64,000 bases of DNA from a virus (taxonomy: Duplodnaviria; Caudoviricetes): the IMG/VR virus record IMGVR_UViG_3300036971_000112, positions 4,536 through 68,535 of that record; one strand, written 5' to 3'. This document shows positions 23,809 to 33,401 of this stretch, piece after piece (the first letter of the stretch is position 1; every line of letters begins with the position of its first letter). A model generated the notes under the pieces. The model was not told the origin of the DNA. It saw only the letters and a list, made by a program, of their open reading frames with translations, and did no database searches. Both the position numbers and the translations under genes were made by a program.

Positions 23809-24762
23809 TCACCCCTCCATCTCAGCCCTCGCCTTCCAATGTCGAGGATTCAAATCCAATTTGTCCAAAGGGTTACAGAAGTTGATCCAATAGTGGCCAA
23901 ATAAGGTAACTATCGGGTCTAACTTTTGGCCTTTGAAGTAGAAATACCCTCTAGGGTTACTCCAGTACCCGTTAGACTTTTGGAAACCCCAGCCCAGCCA
24001 ATTTCCCACGAAATACCACTTCCACTCAGGCGTATTCAGCTTGCCACCGCCTTGTTGGATAGCCTCAGATAGCCCCCAAGCAATCAAGCACTCCCCTTGC
24101 TCCTTAACAATCGCTACATTAGGTACAACCAAGTCGCGCCCCTTTTTGTCTAAGCTCTCGTCCATCATGGCTCGAACATAGACAGGAGCTAATTCGTAAT
24201 TATCTAAGGTGGGAAAACTCTTCTGACCTAATTCCCCCTCCTTTCCACTGCGCCGTGTTTGGTTCATCAGCCACTTGAGTGTCGCACCCGCGCCTTGGAC
24301 ACCCTGTAGCCTTACCTCATGGCTTACCTGATATACAAAGACTTGCTCAAAAAGACATTGGGTAAGCTCAGGGTTTCGTAAAAGTTGCGTCCTATTAGGG
24401 AATAACATACATAAGTTTTGCAGGTGCTTCTTAAGAGCTGCCGTTCTCTTTGTCGGTGTCGAAAAAGTATGATCTTGACCGTCAACAATTAAATGAATAC
24501 CGAGTTTCTGTGCTATCGCATGTCGTATATCTGAATGCGGCGTATTTTCTAAGATAATCTTTAAGCGAGCAGGTGTAGTGGCTAAGTTAACCAGTTCCGC
24601 TGTCAACGCCTCTGTTGCTACGGCCAACGCCTTAACATATTCGGTCTTTGTCATGGCAGCGACCTCATAAGCATTGACTGGTATCGGAGTGGGTTTGGGT
24701 TCAGCCTTTTTTGGTCTAAAACTACTTAAATATATGGGGTTAACTGGGGTTTCTGCTGACAT
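23809..24762 (-). CDS. hypothetical protein
   Basis: 317-aa ORF downstream of the primase operon. Confidence 0.7.
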   Translation of the reverse strand: MSAETPVNPIYLSSFRPKKAEPKPTPIPVNAYEVAAMTKTEYVKALAVATEALTAELVNLATTPARLKIILENTPHSDIRHAIAQKLGIHLIVDGQDHTFSTPTKRTAALKKHLQNLCMLFPNRTQLLRNPELTQCLFEQVFVYQVSHEVRLQGVQGAGATLKWLMNQTRRSGKEGELGQKSFPTLDNYELAPVYVRAMMDESLDKKGRDLVVPNVAIVKEQGECLIAWGLSEAIQQGGGKLNTPEWKWYFVGNWLGWGFQKSNGYWSNPRGYFYFKGQKLDPIVTLFGHYWINFCNPLDKLDLNPRHWKARAEMEG

Positions 24763-24797
24763 TTCCTGACCTTTTCTTGGTTTTTTAGTTAATTTTG

Positions 24798-24826
24798 AGG
24801 GTTTTCACATAGAAAACCCTCGCTTT
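24798..24826. terminator. hairpin, probable terminator or processing site
   Basis: GAGGGTTTTC-ACATA-GAAAACCCTC then GCTTTTT on the plus strand. Confidence 0.5.
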
Positions 24827-24831
24827 TTGAC

Positions 24832-25497
24832 CTATTCTACCCGTGTTTTTCGCTTAAAAGCTTGCCCTTCAAGCCGTATCAGCTCGTCCAGTTCTTCCCT
24901 TTCCCCAAAATTTATCACCTCATAAAACTTCAAAGCCCAGAATTTCAAAAGACTTAGCTCGTGTAATGAGGTCATTTCAGGGTGCCGTACCAGTGTTTTG
25001 AGGTACTGGCCATGAATCGGAAGCGTGTCTTCATCATTTAGCACCATGATTAACGGCCTCTCCCTCGGTAGCCGAGCTAGGTCTTTCAAACCACGGTTAG
25101 CTCCGCGCAATACCTTGGCATCCACTATCAATGGGAGTAGATTTGTTCGGCCTAACACTCCTTTGAAGTCGGTAAACCCCAACGCTTTTGGCTCCCGAGT
25201 ATTGAAGAGCACTGGATCATGGTCGAGAATAACAACGGGAGGTATATCCCCTAGCACCGTTAGGTAGGGGATCGGCAGCAATGGCCTAACCCGTTTGTAC
25301 TCTTTGATGTCGAACTCTTGCCACAAGGTATCGCTGATCTGATTTAACCGCGACTGCGTTACCTGAAACAGGCTAACGTGTTTATGGCTAATCCTTTCAA
25401 ATCCCTCGTCTGAGAAGTTCGGAGTCAGTGGGATCGCTGAGTGTCCAAGGTTTAAGCGTACCGAACCTGTTTGGAGGTTAACTTCAATACCTAACAT
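24832..25497 (-). CDS. hypothetical protein
   Basis: 221-aa ORF coupled to the primase stop. Confidence 0.7.
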   Translation of the reverse strand: MLGIEVNLQTGSVRLNLGHSAIPLTPNFSDEGFERISHKHVSLFQVTQSRLNQISDTLWQEFDIKEYKRVRPLLPIPYLTVLGDIPPVVILDHDPVLFNTREPKALGFTDFKGVLGRTNLLPLIVDAKVLRGANRGLKDLARLPRERPLIMVLNDEDTLPIHGQYLKTLVRHPEMTSLHELSLLKFWALKFYEVINFGEREELDELIRLEGQAFKRKTRVE

Positions 25498-27938
25498 TAT
25501 GCGGCTCCTTTGGTCTTTTTGATTCCAACACCATGATACACAGCAGCCCCCGTATCCTGATTTGTTTCAATCTCAAACCCCATACTGACACTTAACTCGC
25601 GCATCCGTTGTCTAAATTCCCCAATGTCCATCATGCGTACCGAACCATGTGTCATCGCCCACGCCCAGAATAGTTCGTAAAGTTTCTTTTCCGACAACTG
25701 TAAATTTGGCTCGAAAGCGAGTTCGTTTGAGTTCTTCGCAAACGCTCTCACGATGTTGTTAATACACGCCATCTCTTCCATTACCGCCATATGTGTCTTC
25801 GGCAACGTGTAACCCTGCTGCTGAACAAGGCGCGGCATGGCTTGGATCGCCCACGCTGCAATGACTTCGCGCTCTTGCAAAATAATCTTGCCTGCAATGT
25901 CGATTTCGACTTTCGACTCAGGTACAGGGTTATTGAAGTTCAGGATTAACCAACGGCGGGTAAAGCCTTCACTTGTGTCCTTTGTCTTTGGAATGTGGTT
26001 ACTGCCAAACCAGTGCATCGCAGTAATGCGAGCGCGATACGGCTCACCATAAGGCATACGGCAGGTGATTTCCGAGCCGTCTACAATATCCTTAAACCGC
26101 TGACCATCAATCTTGCGTTCTTCCGAAAGTTCGCCTGCAATGTTAAGCAACTTGCCAACCATGTGGGCAGGTGTGTACGGCTCGCTCCAAGAGTTCGGGT
26201 TCACCGCGCTTCTCGCGTCATCGCTAACCAGTGCGCTCGCAATGTTGAGCAACTGGCTTTTGCCTGACTTGGCTACACCATGCAGTAAGATTACCCGCTG
26301 GTACTCACTGCCCCAACCGAACAGGGAGACGAGTAAGGCTTCTTGTAACGCATGAACTTTCTCACTGAAGTCCATATCCTGACCCCAGCACGTTTCCAGA
26401 AAATCAGAAAAGAGCGGTGCTTGGTGGTGTAAGCTGATCGGTTTCTCAGGTGCGGTGTAACGGAACGGCAGCGTGTACGTCATACCAAAATTGGCTTGAT
26501 GTGGCAGCAATTCCAGCTTGTCAGTCAGGAAACCGTTAACGAAATTTACACCTTCGAGGTTTGATTTTTTCAAATCCTGTGGACTTAGGCTTTGCATGAG
26601 GGACAAAATTCCCTTCATATCACCATTACGCTTGGCCGCCTCGTACATACCATAGTTTTGGCTGATGTGGCGTATCAACCATGCGTCTTTGATAACCTCC
26701 CAATGGCTGCCGTTAAACTTCCAAAAGTGACCTCGGTCGAAAGCGAACTCGAAAAGGTCGTCCATATCTCGCAAAACAGCTTCGGCAATCTCTGTGTGGT
26801 TTGCCCCAGCCATACCGTCTTCGCGTTTAATCTCGTTGATTTGGCGATTCAGCGTACCGATTTTTACCCCTAACCCGCTCTCTTTCACAATCAACGTCAA
26901 GATTCGCTCAATCTCCATACGGTTTAAGTTCTTAGAGTACGCAAGCTTTCTTAGGATTTTGTCAGCCGCTTCCATGCTTAGAGACGTTCCCAAGCCCTCG
27001 TCTTTGATAAATGTTTCTTTCAGGTAAGTAAGAATGTCTTGGCACTTCCACTCTTCCGTATCACGGTCAAAGTTTAGGCAAAGAGCAAGCTTGTCCTCGT
27101 CAGTCAGCCCTGTGTCCCAGCCTTCAGGCAGGATTTTTTTCTTCTCCACCACATCGCGGGTAAGGAAGCGGATTAAATTTTTCTTGTGCTTCTCAATGTC
27201 CATTGAGTCGCCAACAACATTCTGGATAAACTCATTCGCATAGGATTGAAGCATACCGAGTGCTTCTAAGAGCGTTCTTTCCCCACGCATTACTGCCATA
27301 GCAAACAGGCCAGCCTTTTCCGTCAGGTTTGTATCACGGCTGCCTGAACTGATGTACTCAGTTAGCTTTGAGTGACCTGAGCGTGATAGAGGTATGCCAT
27401 AGTCGCTAATCACCGCACGAAGTTTTTCTTCAATATCACTCGGCAAAGTTAACAGGTTATCAACAACCTCGAACAGATTGCAGTTTGCCGTGTAAGGTAG
27501 TTTCGTATCAGGGTGTAGGCTAGGAGGTAGCACAACCTGAGTCTTCTCAGACAGCAGCTCGCAAATCGTCTCTCCTGTCGTCGCCTTGATACGGAAAGTT
27601 TTCTGCCCTGTATAGCGGTAAGCGAGAACTTTACCCTTCTTGCCGTAACGAATCCACGGTGAGCTGGGGAGAGTTTGCTCAATAATGCGAATCAAGCTTT
27701 CGTCTGTCGTGTCGATGTCGAGCGCGACAACGCGGGATTGCTTACCCAGTGGCAAGCCGATGTTACCGTTTGGGTATTGCTTCAACCACTGAGTCTGAGT
27801 TTTCTCATCAGGCATCGTATCGTGGAGCTTTTGCCACCCTAGTGGAATCGGCTTTTTCTCCATCGAATGAAGCGGGATAACGGGCATGTTAACCGCCCAG
27901 TAAGCGGGGGCATTTGTAACGAAGATATTTTTTGACAT
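25497..27938 (-). CDS. Prim-Pol primase fused to D5-like SF3 helicase
   Basis: NIGLPLG..S..VALDID, QVVLPPSLHP, Walker A GVAKSGKS, NIAGE, FGSNHIP. Confidence 0.9.
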   Translation of the reverse strand: MSKNIFVTNAPAYWAVNMPVIPLHSMEKKPIPLGWQKLHDTMPDEKTQTQWLKQYPNGNIGLPLGKQSRVVALDIDTTDESLIRIIEQTLPSSPWIRYGKKGKVLAYRYTGQKTFRIKATTGETICELLSEKTQVVLPPSLHPDTKLPYTANCNLFEVVDNLLTLPSDIEEKLRAVISDYGIPLSRSGHSKLTEYISSGSRDTNLTEKAGLFAMAVMRGERTLLEALGMLQSYANEFIQNVVGDSMDIEKHKKNLIRFLTRDVVEKKKILPEGWDTGLTDEDKLALCLNFDRDTEEWKCQDILTYLKETFIKDEGLGTSLSMEAADKILRKLAYSKNLNRMEIERILTLIVKESGLGVKIGTLNRQINEIKREDGMAGANHTEIAEAVLRDMDDLFEFAFDRGHFWKFNGSHWEVIKDAWLIRHISQNYGMYEAAKRNGDMKGILSLMQSLSPQDLKKSNLEGVNFVNGFLTDKLELLPHQANFGMTYTLPFRYTAPEKPISLHHQAPLFSDFLETCWGQDMDFSEKVHALQEALLVSLFGWGSEYQRVILLHGVAKSGKSQLLNIASALVSDDARSAVNPNSWSEPYTPAHMVGKLLNIAGELSEERKIDGQRFKDIVDGSEITCRMPYGEPYRARITAMHWFGSNHIPKTKDTSEGFTRRWLILNFNNPVPESKVEIDIAGKIILQEREVIAAWAIQAMPRLVQQQGYTLPKTHMAVMEEMACINNIVRAFAKNSNELAFEPNLQLSEKKLYELFWAWAMTHGSVRMMDIGEFRQRMRELSVSMGFEIETNQDTGAAVYHGVGIKKTKGAA

Positions 27939-27956
27939 TTATGTTTCCTCAGGTTG

Positions 27957-28139
27957 TCAGGTTGGATCGTTCTCGACGGCTGTCATATCATCAGCTTGGA
28001 CTTCAAAATTTTCTAACTCATAAACATCAAACGGCATTTCGTAGGCTTTCTCCTTAGCCTCTTCCTCATCCTGAGCGTAAACCTCAACTGTTAGGTAACC
28101 TAGAATTGGGACTTGTACCGAGTACAGTTTATTTTTCAT
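27957..28139 (-). CDS. small acidic protein
   Basis: V.V.A.DEEEA.EKA motif common in phage proteins. Confidence 0.6.
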   Translation of the reverse strand: MKNKLYSVQVPILGYLTVEVYAQDEEEAKEKAYEMPFDVYELENFEVQADDMTAVENDPT

Positions 28140-28330
28140 ACCAAACTCCCGTCAACCATCTCTCTAAACTTACGAGCTTCTACTTCTGTCGCACCGCAGG
28201 AGCTACCCTTGGTAATCATCCAACGGCGTGTAAAATCCTTCTTAGGCTTAGGGATTACCCCTGTAGCGAACCAGTGTTTACCTTGTATCGTGTCGGCCTT
28301 AAAAGGGCCTTCTTGCACTATCTTTTTCAT
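28136..28330 (-). CDS. hypothetical protein
   Basis: 64-aa ORF with 4-nt overlaps. Confidence 0.55.
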   Translation of the reverse strand: MKKIVQEGPFKADTIQGKHWFATGVIPKPKKDFTRRWMITKGSSCGATEVEARKFREMVDGSLV

Positions 28331-28794
28331 ACCAAACCATCCAAAGCTTTCATAAATTCATTACGTTGATCGGCAGTCAAGTAAGCTGACATTTGCTGGA
28401 TGACAAATTCGCGGAACTGACCGTACTTTTTAACTTCACTTGACCGCTCAAGCTGGCCAAGTAACTTCTCAAGCAATTGCGTCCGTGTCTTGATAGCGTT
28501 CAGAGTCTCCCCTGTGCTTAAACCGCCATCCTCATTTTCGATTGTAAATTCCATTAACTCGTCGTAAAGAGCGCGGGTTTCCGCTTCTAAATCCAACGGA
28601 GTGTCCGATTTAGGGCGTTCTTTTTTTACTTTAAGTTTACTGCCAGTGAAAAGATGTCGTAAGTTTGTTACTATCTCGTCAGAATAGTTGGCATTGTCCA
28701 AGTAAGCCTCACCCTCCGTTTGGATCGCTGCCTTGACAACTAGCAGTGCGCGGAGTGAGCCTTCCTGAAGCGGAGGGTAATAATGATTAGCCAT
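28327..28794 (-). CDS. hypothetical helical protein, candidate terminase small subunit
   Basis: 155 aa, helical/coiled-coil, divergent from terL; function inferred from position only. Confidence 0.45.
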   Translation of the reverse strand: MANHYYPPLQEGSLRALLVVKAAIQTEGEAYLDNANYSDEIVTNLRHLFTGSKLKVKKERPKSDTPLDLEAETRALYDELMEFTIENEDGGLSTGETLNAIKTRTQLLEKLLGQLERSSEVKKYGQFREFVIQQMSAYLTADQRNEFMKALDGLV

Positions 28795-28903
28795 TTGAGG
28801 TGTCCTCTGTGGGTTTATGGGAGACTAAAGCGATTAACGTGTTTAAGAAGATTAAATTGTTCGGTGTGACAATGCAACCTAATTTACAATTGAGTGACAA
28901 AAT

Positions 28904-30613
28904 ATGTCGAACCCTTTTGCCTTAGACCTGCGAAACGAGATAAATACCCGTTTCTCAATCGACTCGATCAATATGAGTTATTCTGATTGGGTTTGCAAGA
29001 ATACCACTCTACGGTCGGCACCCTTTAACTTCAAGCGTTTTCCGTTCCAGAAAGCGATTGTCGATGACCTACACCCAAACCTGCACGTTATAAAAATTTC
29101 GCAGGTGGGCCTCACAGAAACGCAAATCCGTAAAGCCGCTGCCTTCTGCGCCCGTAATCGGGGGGTCACCGTCCTGATGACCTTCCCTAATGAACCGATG
29201 ATGAAGAAAAATTCTCAGACTCGGATCATGCCCATTATCGAAAATGACCGAGTGTTTAACCTGAGTGGCGGCAAACCCATTCGCTCAGTAGATATTCAAC
29301 AAATCGGTGACTCTTACCTTATGGTGGTGCCAGCTACTGAGGGCAGTGCCACCTCAACACCTGCGGATTTTGTTATGGTCGATGAAGTTGACCTATCAAA
29401 TCAGCAAATGGTCGGCTTGCTTGGTTCGCGTATGCAGGCATCCAGCTTCCGTATCATGCAACAATTCAGCACACCCACCTTTGAGAACTTCGGCATCCAT
29501 CAAGGTTACTCGACAACAGACCAGCGCGAATACTTTTTAAAGTGTGATTGTTGTAACCACTGGCAGTTACCTAAGTTTACGAAAGACTTTATCCATATCG
29601 ATGGCTTACCTGAAGAGATTAAGCTGACGGATATTGATACACCCATGATCGACCGCTACGAGTTACAGTTAAATAACGTCGTCGTCACCTGTGAAAAGTG
29701 CGGCTCTGCCCTCGACCTCCATGGTGGTAAACGGGACTGGGTTGCTGAGTTCCCTCATCGTGACCTTGCCAGAGGCTACCGTGTTCGTCCCTTTACAGTG
29801 TCAACATTGACTCCAGCGTACATCATCAGTGAGCTTATCAAGTACCGTGACCGTGACTTCCTTCGCGGCTGGTATAACACCGTCCTTGGTGAAACCTTTG
29901 AAGAGTCAGCCAGTCGTTTAACCGAGGCGGAGTTAAACCCCTGCTTCAGAGTCGGGGACGTTCCCGAAGGTATTGATTACTTTATTGGAATCGACGTGGG
30001 TTCTATTTGCCATATCACTATCGGTTGCAGCGCGGCGGGTTTGAAGTCAGGTGTGGATGTTGTCGAATTTATCCCTGTTCTAGGTGATGACTTACTGGCG
30101 CGTGTTAAAGCTTTGGACGAGAAGTACCACTTCAAACAAGGCTGCGTGGACTTATTCCCTGAGCAAACTCTGGCCAAACAGCTCTTTGATGCAACAAATG
30201 GTCGCATTATCCCTGTCCATTATACTGGCACTGTTGAGATTGCTGATAAAATTGAGACGCGCAAAACCTTACAAGTGGATAGAACAAACCACTTAGATAG
30301 TTTGGCTAACCTTGTGCGCGACGGCCTGATTACCTTCCACAACTATGGCCAACAGAAGGAGGTTATCAAATCTCATCTGCGTGACATGGTTCGGGAGAAA
30401 ATGGGGGAGAAAACTCCTGTTTGGCGTAAACTAACTGGCCATGACCATTACTTCCATAGCCTTGCCTACTTATCGACTTCGGTGAAATTCTATCGTGGTG
30501 AGTTTGTGGGCCACAAGATAGAGGAAGCGAGAACAGTTTTGGCTTATGGTGCCATTAACCTTGGCGGCCAGAGTCGGGCGAATCTGTGGGGTCATCAGTC
30601 TAGGGGTTATTAA
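28904..30613 (+). CDS. terL: terminase large subunit (lambda GpA-like)
   Basis: KISQVGLTE, VDEVD, FSTPT, two CxxC pairs, GIDVG, DHYFHSLAY. Confidence 0.9.
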   Translation: MSNPFALDLRNEINTRFSIDSINMSYSDWVCKNTTLRSAPFNFKRFPFQKAIVDDLHPNLHVIKISQVGLTETQIRKAAAFCARNRGVTVLMTFPNEPMMKKNSQTRIMPIIENDRVFNLSGGKPIRSVDIQQIGDSYLMVVPATEGSATSTPADFVMVDEVDLSNQQMVGLLGSRMQASSFRIMQQFSTPTFENFGIHQGYSTTDQREYFLKCDCCNHWQLPKFTKDFIHIDGLPEEIKLTDIDTPMIDRYELQLNNVVVTCEKCGSALDLHGGKRDWVAEFPHRDLARGYRVRPFTVSTLTPAYIISELIKYRDRDFLRGWYNTVLGETFEESASRLTEAELNPCFRVGDVPEGIDYFIGIDVGSICHITIGCSAAGLKSGVDVVEFIPVLGDDLLARVKALDEKYHFKQGCVDLFPEQTLAKQLFDATNGRIIPVHYTGTVEIADKIETRKTLQVDRTNHLDSLANLVRDGLITFHNYGQQKEVIKSHLRDMVREKMGEKTPVWRKLTGHDHYFHSLAYLSTSVKFYRGEFVGHKIEEARTVLAYGAINLGGQSRANLWGHQSRGY

Positions 30614-30676
30614 GTGAGCCGCTGCTCTGCTATACTCCCACCTAATTAACAAATTTTGTACAAGAGGCGTAACCTC

Positions 30677-32146
30677 ATGGCGACCACCAGCTTAACCAGT
30701 AAACTAGGTCAGATTCTTTTACCTAAGAAGACTCCAAGCCCACAAGGGGTGAGTAATTCGCCTACCTTTCAAAGTAATAACTCGGCTAATGTTTTAACCG
30801 TCCCAACTTATCGTGACCATTTGACGGATATTTTTACGACTCGTTCGGCTGATGATGCTAATACATTGTTGCAGAACTTACTGGTGAACGATCCTGATGC
30901 TTCTGCGGCTGTGAATGCTTACTTAACAACAGCCGACACCAAACCAGTTATGTACGTGAAGGATTTAAACGATAAAATTGATAGAAATGGTCAAAAAGTC
31001 TTAAACGCCATTCTTGACACGTTGACGACTCGTTATGACTACAACACCGTCGGTTTTCAGTATAAGCCTACGCTCCGAGCAATGGCCGAGGAGCTGAGGT
31101 ACATGCTACTGCTGCGAGGTATGTTGGTTGCGGAAGCCATTGTCAGTAAAGAAGGAATCTTTGAAGCTATCAGGCTAATCGACCCAATCAGCTTACAATG
31201 GTTCGAGAAAACAAACGGACGACTGGTCCCTGAGCAAATACCTTCAGGCGGAGGTAATAATATCTCGCTGGATGTTGTTTCTGTATTCGTTTCTTATTAT
31301 AGACAGGACCCAACCAAGGCTTACTCTAACTCACCATTCGTCTCAGCTATTAACACAATAGCTGCGCGTCAACGGATCATCAATGATCTCTACCGCATTA
31401 TGCTAATAACTGGCTACCCCCGTTTGGATATTGAGGTGTTAGAAGATGTGGTTGTTAAGAATGCCCCTCTGGACATCAAAGGTGACTCTGTAAAACTTAC
31501 GCAGTATATAAACAACACCATTACTTCAATAACTAATACAGTGAGTAATCTTAGGGCTGACCAAGCTTTTGTTCATACGGATAGCATTAAGGCCGATATG
31601 ATAAATACAAAATCGGCTGGCATGACTTTAGATATTCAACCGATTATCAAAACCCTAAACGCACAAAATCAGGCAGGTTTGCGTGTAATGGCTACCACCC
31701 TTGGTCGGGGTGAGAGCGGCGTTAATACTGCAAGCGTCGAAGCGTTGCTGTTTGCCAAAAATGCTGAAGCGTTAAACCAACCTATTGCTGAGTTATGGCA
31801 GCAGATATTTACTTTTATTCTGCGTTTGACAGGAAGTACCTCTCGGGTTGTTGTTAAATTTGAACCCGTAGAGATGCGCCCAGCAACGGAACTATGGGCG
31901 CAAAAGGTACTGCAACAATCCTTCTTGCAAAAGGAACTGAGCTTGGGTTCGATAACGGACGACGACTACCACCTAGAGTTATTTGGCCACATACGGCCTG
32001 ACGAGGCCCCGATACTTAGTGGCTCAGGGTTTATGGAAAAATCGGTGGTGGATGCTGGGGGTATTAGTCCCAATCAAGATGCAACGGGAAGATCGGTAAG
32101 CTCTTCGGCTGATAAGTCAGCGAAGAGCAACAGTGTGAAAAAGTAA
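30677..32146 (+). CDS. portal protein
   Basis: ~490 aa immediately after terL and before the protease; helical. Confidence 0.75.
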   Translation: MATTSLTSKLGQILLPKKTPSPQGVSNSPTFQSNNSANVLTVPTYRDHLTDIFTTRSADDANTLLQNLLVNDPDASAAVNAYLTTADTKPVMYVKDLNDKIDRNGQKVLNAILDTLTTRYDYNTVGFQYKPTLRAMAEELRYMLLLRGMLVAEAIVSKEGIFEAIRLIDPISLQWFEKTNGRLVPEQIPSGGGNNISLDVVSVFVSYYRQDPTKAYSNSPFVSAINTIAARQRIINDLYRIMLITGYPRLDIEVLEDVVVKNAPLDIKGDSVKLTQYINNTITSITNTVSNLRADQAFVHTDSIKADMINTKSAGMTLDIQPIIKTLNAQNQAGLRVMATTLGRGESGVNTASVEALLFAKNAEALNQPIAELWQQIFTFILRLTGSTSRVVVKFEPVEMRPATELWAQKVLQQSFLQKELSLGSITDDDYHLELFGHIRPDEAPILSGSGFMEKSVVDAGGISPNQDATGRSVSSSADKSAKSNSVKK

Positions 32147-32149
32147 GGT

Positions 32150-32728
32150 TTAATCAGTGATCGAAACTGTGTACGCCATTAAAGCAGCGAAAGCTCTAGG
32201 ATCAATGAGAGCTTTCCACTTTTCGGCTTGAGATTTGATGTAGGCTTCTTTGGCTTGTTTGTAGGCGTTGTGGGCAAGCTCAGGAGTATGAAAGTGGCCT
32301 AGATAGTTAGAAGGCAAACCACGGTGACATTCAGCCTTAAACTTACCCTGATGAGCAGAAACACCTACAGGGAGACTACCCCTGCAAGCCTTACTGGAGA
32401 TTAGCAAACTATTTAGTTCCCTTGGTAAGAATAAGCACGTATCTTCGGAGTACACTTTATTACCTTTGATGAGGAAGTCTTTATCTAACTGGAAATCTTC
32501 CTGACCAAATCCTATTTGCCTATGACACCACTCATAAAAATAAGAGTAACTCTTGAAATTTTCACTGGCTGAACAACCGATATAGGTAGGACGTTTTTTC
32601 TGACAGATTGGGGAGTAGCAACGGTTTAAGAGACTCCTCCAAAGGTTGTATTCTTTAATATGTTTACGTTCCAGAGATACAGGATATTTTCTATCGTTGA
32701 AACCAACACCACAGACTAATTTAGTCAT
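32150..32728 (-). CDS. HNH-like homing endonuclease with AP2-like C-terminus (copy 2)
   Basis: Collinear paralog of 8621-9202 (GVGFNDRKYPVS, SENFKSYS, QAEKWKALIDPRA identical); AAGGA RBS. Confidence 0.75.
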   Translation of the reverse strand: MTKLVCGVGFNDRKYPVSLERKHIKEYNLWRSLLNRCYSPICQKKRPTYIGCSASENFKSYSYFYEWCHRQIGFGQEDFQLDKDFLIKGNKVYSEDTCLFLPRELNSLLISSKACRGSLPVGVSAHQGKFKAECHRGLPSNYLGHFHTPELAHNAYKQAKEAYIKSQAEKWKALIDPRAFAALMAYTVSITD

Positions 32729-32762
32729 TTTCGATTCCTTATTCAAAGGTATTCTGAAGTGA

Positions 32763-32827
32763 TGCAGCAACAGGTGAATTAGTCCTGCTTTCGGGTGGCC
32801 GCCCTAAGCTGCAAATAAATTATACCA
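32763..32827 (-). promoter_or_regulatory. extended -10 promoter and three-way-junction leader of HNH-AP2 copy 2
   Basis: TGGTATAAT (32827-32819), stalk TGCAGC/GCTGCA, GGG/CCC hairpin, GAAAG linker, CAGG/CCTG hairpin. Confidence 0.65.
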
Positions 32828-32864
32828 CCAATACCAATCCTAATTGTTCAAGTCGTGTAAAAAG

Positions 32865-32895
32865 AAAAAAGCCTCCAAAAAGGAGGCTTTATTTT
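32865..32895. terminator. bidirectional intrinsic terminator
   Basis: AAAAAAGCCTCC-AAAAA-GGAGGCTTTATTTT. Confidence 0.8.
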
Positions 32896-32903
32896 CCCGC
32901 AGT

Positions 32904-33291
32904 AGTAATCTTTACCTTTCGGCAGCCGACGACAGTGCTTTCGATAAAAGGGTTCTTCCGTGAGGTCGATGCACTTACAGTACATTTAAGCTAACCCTTA
33001 ACAGTCGGCTCGATTGTCTCACGATTTACAGAACCACAAACTTGGCAGACGGCTAGAGAATTGAACTCCACACAGCAAGTTTTGGAGACTCGCTCGCCAC
33101 CTTGGAACATGGCCGCCTAAAACCAACTACCCACTTCTTCTCGGCAACGGCAAGTGGTCAACCATCATGTCAAAGGTACTGCTACCCTGCCTTCCTCCTT
33201 TTGGCTACAACCTACACCCACCTATGGAGTATCTTCAGGTCTTGGTAGTTAGCACTATAGGGAGGAAGCCACCCTGTGTTGAAAGATTACC
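32904..33291 (-). ncRNA. candidate ~390-nt structured RNA containing tRNA-Trp
   Basis: 5' GGTAATCTTT (33291-33282) pairs with 3' AAAGATTACT (32913-32904); helical domains on both sides of the tRNA; terminator directly downstream. Confidence 0.45.
33043..33118 (-). tRNA. trnW: tRNA-Trp(CCA)
   Basis: 76 nt; acceptor AGGCGGC/GCCGTCT with G73 and encoded CCA; anticodon loop CTCCAAA; T-loop TTCAATT; D arm atypical. Confidence 0.85.
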
Positions 33292-33401
33292 AAAGGTATT
33301 AAACCTTGTCTGTAATCATTTGTAACTTTTACAATGTATTTGCAAACGCCGCCACGTTATAGTAATCTTTACACATCTACAAAATTCATACGAAAAGTGC
33401 T

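Noticed and set aside
32915-33040. Pistol or hammerhead ribozyme (TTAAGGG..TTAAAT and GAAA elements; also considered for the HNH leaders)
   Set aside because: No CUGANGA core and the pistol P1 pairing does not form convincingly; kept only as unclassified structured RNA.
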